From Candidatus Avilachnospira sp. (GTDB lineage: Bacteria > Bacillota > Clostridia > Oscillospirales > Oscillospiraceae): a stretch of 64,000 bases of DNA. The DNA lies in NCBI GenBank assembly GCA_045580485.1, contig JAZNNW010000129.1, positions 723 through 64,722 on the forward strand, read 5' to 3'. The notes below the pieces were generated by a model. That model was not told the DNA's origin, did not search any database, and worked only from the letters and a program-made list of their open reading frames with translations. This document shows, in pieces, positions 55,961 through 64,000 of the stretch. The position numbers were made by a program, and so were the translations under genes. How positions within the stretch are numbered: position 1 is the first letter of the stretch; each line of letters opens with the position of its first letter.

Positions 55961-56005
55961 AACCTCCTATCGGATGAACAATTATAATTCATCTGATAGG
56001 AGGTT
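55961..56005. terminator. 18-bp hairpin between convergent genes
   Basis: AACCTCCTATCGGATGAA / TTCATCTGATAGGAGGTT (one G:U). Confidence 0.65.
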
Positions 56006-56097
56006 GATATATTATAGGCGGCAAATAAGTTGTTGGATTGCTGTTTAAAACTTAATTGCAAGAGATGAATGTGGCTTTGATATATTGTGAACGGGAA

Positions 56098-57006
56098 TTA
56101 TACTAAGTGCTTAGGAACGCCAGAAGCAGAATTCATGATCTTTGCTTTTTCACTATCACGGATCCGATCAGCCATCTTCTGTATTCTGTTTGTAATCCAC
56201 ATATAGGCCGTAGTACCTTCGGAATAATCGGCTTCTGCATACATGTCTACACGACCATCCTCTCGCATTTGTTCTACCTGTTGCATTGCTGCGGTATTGC
56301 CCTTTGGATAAATTGCAAAAGTGGCACCCCCATTCTTTTTAACAACAGAGAATGCAGGAATATCGCTAGGACCATCTGCAATATAAATCATGTTTTCAAA
56401 ATGAACGCGACGAAGATCTTCGGGAATTTTTGAATTTACTTCAATAGTTTCAATTTTGTTACTTCCTTTGTTAATCTCAAAAATTGCACGAGTCTTTGTG
56501 GTATTATCAATTGTGTAAAGGACTTCGCTGATAACATTCTCTCCACTTTCGTTGGAAGAATCCAACAATTCACAACCCCAAACTCCGTCCACAAATGGCA
56601 TCAAATTCGAGCCTCGAATAACTTCTGCAAAACCAGTACTCACAATGTAGTGTTCTACTTGGATACCGTATTCTGTGTAGCTTTTATCATCTCTGAACAT
56701 TTTCTTTGTTTGTTCAAAGATTTCCGGGATTCCCTTGTAGAACTTCTGTTTTGCGCCATATTCGTGAAGCTTATTGTTGTTCAATCCTGAAAATGTACCA
56801 TCCTGAGCACATTTGATGAAATAGTTTAAATAATATGTATCCTTATTTACCCGAATGCCTTTTGCTGCGTATTCATCAGCGATGCCATTCACTTTTTTCC
56901 AAAAATCGCCAGCTTTAACATTATAATCTTCAAAAATGGGATCTTGCATATATCCGTCAATCAAAGTTTTGTCACAGTCCCAGATAACAGCGATAATATT
57001 TGCCAT
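56098..57006 (-). CDS. HAD-fold hydrolase-like protein (302 aa), atypically long cap region
   Basis: Motif I WDCDKTL (DxDxT) and motif IV YIADGPSDIP. Confidence 0.7.
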   Translation of the reverse strand: MANIIAVIWDCDKTLIDGYMQDPIFEDYNVKAGDFWKKVNGIADEYAAKGIRVNKDTYYLNYFIKCAQDGTFSGLNNNKLHEYGAKQKFYKGIPEIFEQTKKMFRDDKSYTEYGIQVEHYIVSTGFAEVIRGSNLMPFVDGVWGCELLDSSNESGENVISEVLYTIDNTTKTRAIFEINKGSNKIETIEVNSKIPEDLRRVHFENMIYIADGPSDIPAFSVVKKNGGATFAIYPKGNTAAMQQVEQMREDGRVDMYAEADYSEGTTAYMWITNRIQKMADRIRDSEKAKIMNSASGVPKHLV

Positions 57007-57320
57007 AGCTTTTCCTCTTTTCTATAATTCTATAATAAGCATACTGAATGACAAGAGATTTTGATAAAATTTCCTATAATTTATAATATAACAGTTTTTT
57101 CTAGGTGCGTCAATGATGACAGGGGTTGGACGCGAAAAATGGGGCAGGAGGGCGGTTTTGGGTAGGGGATATGGTAACTTGCTGATTTTGCCCATTGTCC
57201 ATTTTAGCGAGGATAGACTGGATAGAAAAGGTTACCGACGCTTCTGTTTCTCATCTGCTCATACATGCAAAATTCTGCAAAATTTCCGTTTCAAGCTGAT
57301 CCTCGATGGCACAAACAAAG

Positions 57321-57362
57321 ACGCCGTATGGCAAGCAAAGCTTAGCCATACGGCGTTCTTTA
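57321..57362. terminator. Strong hairpin just left of the right-hand repeat
   Basis: ACGCCGTATGGC / GCCATACGGCGT 12-bp stem followed by TCTTTAT. Confidence 0.55.
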
Positions 57363-57379
57363 TAAATTCTCACGTTTTG

Positions 57380-57625
57380 TAAGAATGAATGGTGGAGCTG
57401 AGGCGTTAATGCTCATTATAGCAAAAAAACAAAGATGACGGGACTGGATAAAATGGCTGCCACAGCCGACATGGCAAGGAAATCCAATCAGCCATTTTCA
57501 CCGCCTTAAACCCATTTTGGAGGGGCAGGAGAGGTGCGCAAGCCCAACCATCCCGCCGCCAACACCCAAATCCAACCCTCTGACCACCAAAATCTGTTGC
57601 TAAAATGGGCAATAACGATTACCAA
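57380..57625 (+). repeat. Right copy of the imperfect direct repeat bracketing the WYL cassette
   Basis: See 49954-50240. It begins GAATGAATGGTGGAGCTGAGGCGTT and ends CTGTTGCTAAAATGGGCAATAA. Confidence 0.85.
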
Positions 57626-57662
57626 ATCCTGTCTGCCATAAACATTTTGACGGGTCAGTTGA

Positions 57663-58535
57663 TCAGTAAGACAATAGAGATGGATCCTTGCGTAGTTCCC
57701 GCGGCGTGATGCCCTTGTGCTTTTTGAAGGCCTTGTTGAAGTTTACCGTATTGTTGAATCCGCATTGCAGGGCGATCTCCAGCATGGTCAGAGCCTTATC
57801 CCCGGAGCGGATCAGCCGCACTGCCAGTTCAACGCGCTTGGCGGTGATATACTCCCACAGGGAGATGCCGTTAAGCTTTTTGAACAGATGGGACAGGTAG
57901 TTGGGACTGAGGTTCGCCAGCTTTGCCAGTTCCTGCAGGGTGATCTCCTCCTCCAAATGACCGTCAATATAATCAAAGACCTCCAATAATTCAAAGTGCT
58001 TGTCATGGATGGTATTGGGGTCCTGATAGCCGTGGGTGCGGAGAAGCTCTACCAGCATTAGCTGCAGGTGGGCCCGGATGGCAAGGGGATGCTGGGTATG
58101 AGCCTGTTGAAATTCCCGTTTTATTTGCTCCAGATGACTGCGAATCACAGATGCCTGTGCCGCCGGTATGCGGTTTTGAAAAGAAGGAGCGTGGGAATAG
58201 CAGAAACTGATATAGCTTTCTCCTGCCACCTCAAAGAACTCCTCGCTGAGGTATCTGGGTTCAAAGTGGAGGTTGGTCATATACAGCCCTTCCGGTCCTG
58301 CCTTGGTGATGCAGTGAACTTCGTTGGAGGAAAAGACAAACACATCCCCCGGCGCTATGGGGTAGACCGACCGTTCTGTGGTGTATTCGCCACTACCGGA
58401 GACTACTGCCGTGAACTCAAACCGGGTATGAGAGTGCCTCACAAAGGGGCGGCTTCGCAGCTCCACATCCACATCCCACATTTTCAAAAGAGGATTGCCG
58501 CTGCCCAGAAGCAGCTGCCCTACGGGTTTTTGCAT
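57663..58535 (-). CDS. AraC-family transcriptional regulator (cupin + HTH)
   Basis: Cupin HSHTRFEF..GDVFVFSSNEVH and C-terminal AraC HTH (LANLSPNYLSHLFKK, CGFNNTVNFNKAFKK). ATG 58535. Confidence 0.88.
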   Translation of the reverse strand: MQKPVGQLLLGSGNPLLKMWDVDVELRSRPFVRHSHTRFEFTAVVSGSGEYTTERSVYPIAPGDVFVFSSNEVHCITKAGPEGLYMTNLHFEPRYLSEEFFEVAGESYISFCYSHAPSFQNRIPAAQASVIRSHLEQIKREFQQAHTQHPLAIRAHLQLMLVELLRTHGYQDPNTIHDKHFELLEVFDYIDGHLEEEITLQELAKLANLSPNYLSHLFKKLNGISLWEYITAKRVELAVRLIRSGDKALTMLEIALQCGFNNTVNFNKAFKKHKGITPRELRKDPSLLSY

Positions 58536-58657
58536 AATATCGCTCCGTATCGTAAAATAGTTTTGAAATTCGGTAATAAAATTGGCGATTTTTCTGTTTC
58601 GGTGTAATATCATTATTATAAGAAAGCAAAGAAACCATGTCAATAAGGAGAACTGCT

Positions 58658-59995
58658 ATGAACTACTGTTCCAACCCCTCTGAACTGAAAATCACCGACA
58701 TGCGGTTCGTGGACATTGATGGCGCACCCAAGCGCTGCACCATTCTGCGAATCGACACCAACCAGGGCATCAGCGGCTTCGGCGAAGTCCGTGACGCCTC
58801 CTCCAAGACCTATGCGCTGATGCTCAAGAGCCGCATTCTGGGCGAAAATCCCTGCAATGTGGACAAGATCTTCCGTAAGATCAAGCAGTTTGGCGGCCCC
58901 TCCCGTCAGGGCGGCGGTGTTTCCGGCATTGAGATCGCCCTTTGGGATCTGGCCGGCAAGGCCTATGGCGTGCCTCTGTACCAGCTGCTGGGCGGTAAGT
59001 TCCGCGATGAGATCCGCGTCTACTGCGATACCGATGTGGACGGTAAGCACACCGGCCATGACATGGGTCTGGCTCTGAAGAAGCGCATGGACATGGGCTT
59101 TACCTTTCTGAAGATGGATCTGGGCATCGGCCTGCTGTTGGATGAGCCCGGCACTCTCAACGCTCCTCTGGGCTTCATCGAAGATATGAAGCAGTACGCT
59201 TCTCATATTCTGAATGTACAGGGCGGCAGCGTTACCGCTGACATGGTTCGCCATCAGAAGAGCTACTCCATCGTCACCACCGCCCACCCCCACACCGGCA
59301 TCCATCTGACCGAAAAGGGTCTGGACTATCTGGAAAACTATGTGAAGGAAGTCCGCGAGGTCATCGGCTACGAAGTGCCTCTGGCCATTGACCACTTCGG
59401 CCACATCTGCGTGGAGGACTGCATCCGCTTCGCCAAGCGCATGGAGCCCTATAATCTGGCATGGATCGAAGATATGGTGCCATGGATGTACACCGATCAG
59501 TATGTCCGCCTGCGCAACAGCACCACCATTCCCGTCTGCACCGGCGAGGATATCTATCTGAAGGAAGGCTTCGAGACCCTCATCAAGGCCGGCGGCGTTT
59601 CCGTCATCCACCCCGACATCCTCACCTGCGGCGGTGCGCTGGAACTGAAGAAGATCGCAGATATTGCCGATGAGCACGGTGTTGCCACCGCCATCCACAT
59701 GGCAGAGAGCCCTGTGGCCTGTCTGGCAGCCGTCCATACCGCAGCCGCTATGCACAATGTTCTGGCTTTGGAATTCCACTCGGTGGATGTGCCGTGGTGG
59801 GCAGACATGGTCACGGGTATCGACAACCCCATCTTCAAGGACGGCTTTATCAAAGTACCTGAAAAGCCCGGCCTTGGCTTTGATGATTTGAACGAGGAAG
59901 TTCTGAGAGCCCATATCAATCCCGCCATCCCCGGCTATTTTGAGCCGACGGATGAATGGAACAAAGAATTTTCCAACGACAGAATCTGGAGCTGA
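58658..59995 (+). CDS. Enolase-superfamily (mandelate racemase/muconate lactonizing enzyme family) acid-sugar dehydratase-like protein
   Basis: KITDMRFVDI...ILRIDTNQGISGFGEVRD, AIDHFGH, WIEDM. ATG 58658 after AAGGAG. Confidence 0.8.
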   Translation: MNYCSNPSELKITDMRFVDIDGAPKRCTILRIDTNQGISGFGEVRDASSKTYALMLKSRILGENPCNVDKIFRKIKQFGGPSRQGGGVSGIEIALWDLAGKAYGVPLYQLLGGKFRDEIRVYCDTDVDGKHTGHDMGLALKKRMDMGFTFLKMDLGIGLLLDEPGTLNAPLGFIEDMKQYASHILNVQGGSVTADMVRHQKSYSIVTTAHPHTGIHLTEKGLDYLENYVKEVREVIGYEVPLAIDHFGHICVEDCIRFAKRMEPYNLAWIEDMVPWMYTDQYVRLRNSTTIPVCTGEDIYLKEGFETLIKAGGVSVIHPDILTCGGALELKKIADIADEHGVATAIHMAESPVACLAAVHTAAAMHNVLALEFHSVDVPWWADMVTGIDNPIFKDGFIKVPEKPGLGFDDLNEEVLRAHINPAIPGYFEPTDEWNKEFSNDRIWS

Positions 59996-60624
59996 TGGCG
60001 ATGGAACAAAAATTTGTATCGGCATCCGGAAAAACACTGCAATACCTGCGGTTTGTACCGGAAAAAGAGGGTAAGCTGCCCCTTGTTCTCTACATACACG
60101 GAGCCGGATCCCGCGGCGAAGATCTGGCTGTGCTCAGAGACAATCCGGCTTTGGGCGGAATTCTGGCTCATGGCGGTAAAGATGCCATTGTAACAGCACC
60201 CCAATGCCATGCCGATACGTGGTTTGAGTTGTACGAAACCCTGCTGGAATTCATAGATTTCCAGATCCGGCAGCCCAATGTGGATGACGCCAGAGTTTAC
60301 ATCACGGGAGCCAGCATGGGCGGATACACGACATGGCAGCTATGTATGTCACGCCCCCATTGGTTTGCAGCGGCTGTGCCCATCTGCGGCGGCGGTATGT
60401 ACTGGAATGCCGCCCGGCTGAAAGATCTGCCCATCTGGGCTTTTCACGGTGCGCTGGACACAACCGTGTATGCCGAAGAAAGCATAAAAATGGTACGGGC
60501 CGTCAATCAAAACGGCGGCAGCGCCAAATTGACCGTATTCCCGCAGGACAGCCACGATTCCTGGACAAGCGCCTATGGGGCTGAAGAATTGTGGACATGG
60601 CTGTTTCAACAGAAAAGGAGCTGA
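59995..60624 (+). CDS. Alpha/beta-hydrolase esterase
   Basis: LVLYIHGAGSRG, nucleophile elbow GASMGG, FHGALDTTV..DSHDSW. The start overlaps the previous stop (TGATG). Confidence 0.75.
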   Translation: MAMEQKFVSASGKTLQYLRFVPEKEGKLPLVLYIHGAGSRGEDLAVLRDNPALGGILAHGGKDAIVTAPQCHADTWFELYETLLEFIDFQIRQPNVDDARVYITGASMGGYTTWQLCMSRPHWFAAAVPICGGGMYWNAARLKDLPIWAFHGALDTTVYAEESIKMVRAVNQNGGSAKLTVFPQDSHDSWTSAYGAEELWTWLFQQKRS

Positions 60625-60629
60625 AATCC

Positions 60630-61544
60630 ATGAATTTTAACGACAGAAAGAAAATTATCCAACTGACACCCCTGTGGAAAGGCGAGCGTCTGCCCGACGG
60701 CAGACCCAAGGTAGAAGACAAGTATCTCGATGCCCTCTACGGCATGACGCTGGAGGAGGTCTGGAAACCGATTTTCGTCCTCGGCTATGAGCATCAGTTT
60801 GTTGGCGGCGGCGAAAACCCCATGCATACCCTCCATGACGACGGACGGAAGCTGGTTGGCCGTGCCGTGACCTGCACTTACTGCCCCACCCGTCCCGATC
60901 TGCATGACGTGCAGTTTGGCCGCGGTGCGGAGGACGGTCTGCAGGGCAACTACAACCAGTGGGTCATCGACCGGCTCTATGAGCGGGATGTCGTTGTCTG
61001 CGATATGTACGACAAAATTTACAAGGGCACCTTCCTTGGCGGCAACCTGACCACCGCACTGCAGAAGCATACCAAAACCGGCGGCGCCGTCATCTGGGGC
61101 GGCATCCGCGATGTGGAGCAGATGAAAAAGGTGCCCGATGTGCAGGTCTATTACAGAGGCATCGATCCCACACCCATCCGCGAGTTTGTCATGAAGGACT
61201 GGAACGATATTACCAACTTCGGCGGTGCAGTCTGTCTGCCCGGTGACATCGTCTTCGGTGCCGGCGGCGGTGTGCTGTTCATCCCTGCCCATCTGGTGGC
61301 AGATGTGGTGGAAGGTGCAGCCAAGACCCATGTGAAGGACGATTTCGGTTTTGAAATGATCGGTCAGGGCAAGTTTACCACCGCCCAGATCGACCGCAAT
61401 ACCTGGACAGAGGAAATGCTGGATATGCTGACCCATTGGATCGCCACCGACCCCAGAGGAGAAGCCTATCGGGATCTGGATTGGTCCAAGGAATATGACC
61501 TTGCCAGAAACGGCGACCCCAACGACACCCAGACTGCTCTGTAA
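60630..61544 (+). CDS. RraA-family / class II pyruvate (HMG/CHA-type) aldolase-like protein
   Basis: GRAVTC...VVVCDM..FLGGNLTTAL...GAVIWGGIRDVEQM...GGAVCLPGDIVFGAGGGVLFIP. Confidence 0.7.
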   Translation: MNFNDRKKIIQLTPLWKGERLPDGRPKVEDKYLDALYGMTLEEVWKPIFVLGYEHQFVGGGENPMHTLHDDGRKLVGRAVTCTYCPTRPDLHDVQFGRGAEDGLQGNYNQWVIDRLYERDVVVCDMYDKIYKGTFLGGNLTTALQKHTKTGGAVIWGGIRDVEQMKKVPDVQVYYRGIDPTPIREFVMKDWNDITNFGGAVCLPGDIVFGAGGGVLFIPAHLVADVVEGAAKTHVKDDFGFEMIGQGKFTTAQIDRNTWTEEMLDMLTHWIATDPRGEAYRDLDWSKEYDLARNGDPNDTQTAL

Positions 61545-61556
61545 GGAGGCAATACG

Positions 61557-62285
61557 ATGAAAACAGCACTTGTGACCGGTTCCTCCAGAGGCATTGGCAG
61601 AGCCATCGCCATCCGTCTGGCAAAGGACGGGTACCGGGTTCTGGTCCACGCCGCGGTCAATATGGCAAAAGCCGAAGAAACCAAAGCTGTAATTCTCAAA
61701 AACGGCGGTGAGGCAGAGATTCTCGTTGCCAACCTGACCGATCTGGAGCAGACTAAAGTCCTTTGTGAAAAAATGGGTGAGGTGGATGTACTGGTGCTCA
61801 ACGCCTCCATTCAGTACCGCACTCCCTGGCAGGAAATTTCCCCCGAAGCCTGCTGTGAGCAGCTGAACTGCAACTTCACCTCCTCCATGCTGCTCATTCA
61901 GGCAGCCGCCAAGCACATGAAGCAGCAGAAGTGGGGCAGAGTGGTTACCATCGGCTCCGTGCAGGAAGCCAAGCCTCATCCTGATATGCTGGTCTATGCC
62001 GCTTCCAAGGCCGCCCAGACCAATATGATGCAGTCCCTTTCCCTGCAGCTGGCAAAGGACGGCATCACCGTCAACAATGTAGCACCCGGCGTCATCTACA
62101 CCGATCGGAATGTGGCAGCACTTTCCGATGCGGAATATGCCCAAAAGGTCACCAATTCCATCCCCGTAGGCTTTTACGGCGTGCCGGAGGACTGTGCCGG
62201 TATCGTCAGCCTGCTTTGCTCCGAGGAAGGCCGCTATATCACCGGTCAAAGCATCTATGTGGACGGCGGCAAGAGCATCCAGTAA
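61557..62285 (+). CDS. SDR-family oxidoreductase
   Basis: TGSSRGIGRAIA, NASI, YAASKAA, and PG..YTD. Confidence 0.88.
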   Translation: MKTALVTGSSRGIGRAIAIRLAKDGYRVLVHAAVNMAKAEETKAVILKNGGEAEILVANLTDLEQTKVLCEKMGEVDVLVLNASIQYRTPWQEISPEACCEQLNCNFTSSMLLIQAAAKHMKQQKWGRVVTIGSVQEAKPHPDMLVYAASKAAQTNMMQSLSLQLAKDGITVNNVAPGVIYTDRNVAALSDAEYAQKVTNSIPVGFYGVPEDCAGIVSLLCSEEGRYITGQSIYVDGGKSIQ

Positions 62286-62296
62286 GAGGTGACAGT

Positions 62297-62986
62297 ATGA
62301 AACTGACATGGATCGGCCAAAGCGGCTATGTGCTGGAAACAGCACGGACAAAAATTATCCTCGACCCCTATCTTTCCGATGTGGTCAACCGTGTGGCAGG
62401 CAGACCCCGCTTGGTGGAAGCACCCTTCGCACCCAGAGATGTGAACGCCGATGCCATCATCTGCACCCATGACCATCTGGATCATCTGGATGTGGACGCG
62501 GTGGCGGAGATGAATCGGAACATCCCCTTTCTCACCACCAAAGAGGGCAAAGTGAAACTGGAGAACATGGGTTTCACCAAGGTCACGGCTCTGGGAGCAG
62601 GCCAGTCTGCCCTGCTGGGCGATGTGACCATTCACGCAGTCTTCGCTCACCATACAGTAGAGGCCTTTGGTGTGGTCATAGAAGCAGAGGGACAGACCCT
62701 CTACTTCTCCGGCGATACCCTCTATGACGAAGAACTTTTCTCCATTGCCGATTTCTGTCCGGATTTTACCTTTATCTGCATCAACGGCAAGCTGGGAAAC
62801 ATGAATGTGGTGGAAGCAGCCCTCACCGCAAACAGGATCGGTGCCAAGGTCAGCATCCCCACCCATTATGGCATGTTCGCCTCCAACACGGAGGACCCTA
62901 CCCGGTTTACGGCATTGGTGAACAACAGCCGGATTCTGGAATACAACCAAACATACGACACAGTAGAATTGCTGAGAGGAGAATGA
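62297..62986 (+). CDS. MBL-fold metallo-hydrolase (possible lactonase)
   Basis: ICTHDHLDHLD (HxHxDH). ATG 62297 after AAGAGGTGA. Confidence 0.8.
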   Translation: MKLTWIGQSGYVLETARTKIILDPYLSDVVNRVAGRPRLVEAPFAPRDVNADAIICTHDHLDHLDVDAVAEMNRNIPFLTTKEGKVKLENMGFTKVTALGAGQSALLGDVTIHAVFAHHTVEAFGVVIEAEGQTLYFSGDTLYDEELFSIADFCPDFTFICINGKLGNMNVVEAALTANRIGAKVSIPTHYGMFASNTEDPTRFTALVNNSRILEYNQTYDTVELLRGE

Positions 62987-62990
62987 TCTT

Positions 62991-64000
62991 ATGTCTGACA
63001 GAAGAAAGGTTCTGGACCTGTTTGAGGCCCAGAAGGAGTATATGGAAAGCCGTGTGGAGCATGGCATTGAGCAGTACCGCAAGGGCTTCGGCTATATCAC
63101 CGTCACCGATTCCGAAGGCAAGGCAGTTCCCAATGCACAGGTGAAGGTAAAGCAGACCGGACATGAATTCCGTTTCGGTGCCAACATTTTCATGCTGGAC
63201 GAACTGGAGACCCCCGAGAAGAACGAGGCCTACAAGAAGCACTTTGCAGAGCTGTTCAACATGGCCACCCTGCCCTTCTACTGGGATGCGACTGAGCCGG
63301 AAGAGGGCAAGACCCGCTACGAAAAGGGCAGCAGCCCCCTCTACCGCCGTCCGCCCATTGATCTTTGCATGGAATTCTGCAAGGAACACGGCATCGAGCC
63401 CAGAGAGCATGCCCTGTGCTTTGAGCAGTTCTTCCCCAAGTGGCTGGAGGGCAAGCCCACCACCGAAGTGAAAAAGCAGCTGAAAAAGCGCTTCGCCCAG
63501 ATCGCGGAACGCTATGCCGACAAGATCAACACCATCGAAGTGACCAACGAGATGTTCTGGTACAAGCCCAAGACCGAGTTCTACAACGATTCGGAGTACA
63601 TCACCTGGTGCTTCAAGCTGGCAGAGCAGTATTTCCCCAACAACCAGCTGGTCATCAACGAGGCGACTCCCTACGCATGGGGGGAAAATGCCCGCTTCAC
63701 CGATCGCTACTTCGCTTACGTTGAAAATGCTATGCTCAAGGGCGCCCGAATTGATGCCATCGGTATGCAGTTCCACCACTTCACTCGGAAGGAAAATGAG
63801 TACGATACCGGCCGTCAGTATTACAGCCCCGAACGGGTATATCTGCATCTGGACCAGTATGCCACCCTGGGCAAGCCCATCCAGATCACGGAAGTCACCC
63901 TGCCCGCCTACTCCTGGGAGCAGGAAGATGAGGAAATTCAGGCCAAGCTCATCGAGTACCTCTATTCCATCTGGTTCTCCCATCCCAATGTGGAGCAGAT
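62991..64000 (+). CDS. Glycoside hydrolase family 10 (endo-1,4-beta-xylanase)-like protein; 3' end runs off the window
   Basis: Own translation, open to the window end and absent from the ORF track: MSDRRKVLDLFEAQ...FRFGANIF...LPFYWDATEPEEG...IEVTNEM (acid/base-like)...GMQFH...IQITEVT (nucleophile-like). Confidence 0.7.
   Translation, partial: MSDRRKVLDLFEAQKEYMESRVEHGIEQYRKGFGYITVTDSEGKAVPNAQVKVKQTGHEFRFGANIFMLDELETPEKNEAYKKHFAELFNMATLPFYWDATEPEEGKTRYEKGSSPLYRRPPIDLCMEFCKEHGIEPREHALCFEQFFPKWLEGKPTTEVKKQLKKRFAQIAERYADKINTIEVTNEMFWYKPKTEFYNDSEYITWCFKLAEQYFPNNQLVINEATPYAWGENARFTDRYFAYVENAMLKGARIDAIGMQFHHFTRKENEYDTGRQYYSPERVYLHLDQYATLGKPIQITEVTLPAYSWEQEDEEIQAKLIEYLYSIWFSHPNVEQ

Larger units (their letters stand above)
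33350..57625. mobile_element. Composite genomic island (~24 kb): element A + element B + repeat-flanked cassette
   Basis: Abrupt shift to AT-richer sequence; two tyrosine integrase/excisionase pairs, ArdC, MobC-like, Fic and many XRE regulators. Flanked by core genes (phosphatase gene on the left, AraC sugar-acid cluster on the right). Confidence 0.75.

Noticed and set aside
57113-57382. 89-aa plus-strand ORF between the HAD-like gene and the right repeat.
   Set aside because: No RBS, a Gly/Arg-rich start and no domain. The region contains an inverted copy of the GCTAAAATGG motif and a strong hairpin, so it is more likely non-coding.
58640-62351. Long minus-strand ORFs (58640-60037 and 60606-62351). 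Similar ones occur at 3027-4196, 18802-20079, 25644-27266, 62255-63082 and 62907-63983.
   Set aside because: All are antisense to well-supported genes with clear family motifs (der, recA, dusB/sigma, enolase-family, RraA-like/SDR, MBL, GH10). They are shadow ORFs.

Overview
The window looks like a chromosome segment from a GC-rich, spore-forming Clostridia genome; an Oscillospiraceae/Ruminococcaceae-like origin is inferred from gene content only. Positions 1-33.3 kb are housekeeping: potA (cut by the window edge), an RluA-family synthase, yceD-rpmF, der, plsY, gpsA, rpmB, hprK, murB, rapZ, whiA, dnaE, a two-component system, prmC, recA-recX, rimO, pgsA, spoVAD-spoVAE, dusB, an ECF sigma/anti-sigma pair, tmRNA with smpB, and an SOS-boxed dinB operon.

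Positions ~33.35-57.6 kb are a visibly AT-richer composite island.
- Element A (33350-44258) has a Tn916-type integrase and excisionase. It sits in the 5' end of a low-molecular-weight protein-tyrosine phosphatase gene, and a displaced 12-codon copy of that gene's start survives at 44241-44279.
- Element B (~44.3-49.9 kb) is mobilizable-like: a second int/xis pair, an HTH-DUF3883-HTH protein, a MobC-like protein, oriT-like hairpins and a Fic protein.
- A ~7.4 kb integrase-less cassette follows, bracketed by ~230-290 bp imperfect direct repeats. A WYL (BrxR/CapW-like) regulator there heads a 264-aa unknown protein, a PD-(D/E)XK-like protein and a zinc-ribbon/PcfJ-like protein. The cassette also has a SpoIIM-like membrane protein and a convergent HAD-fold protein.

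This WYL cassette is my best candidate for an undescribed defence or anti-mobile-element system. A leftover 3' end of a second WYL gene inside it shows modular reshuffling.

Positions 57.6-64 kb return to core genes: an AraC-regulated sugar-acid cluster next to a GH10 xylanase-like gene that is cut by the window end. I found no rRNA, tRNA or CRISPR array. All functional calls come from motif recognition by eye; no database search was run.
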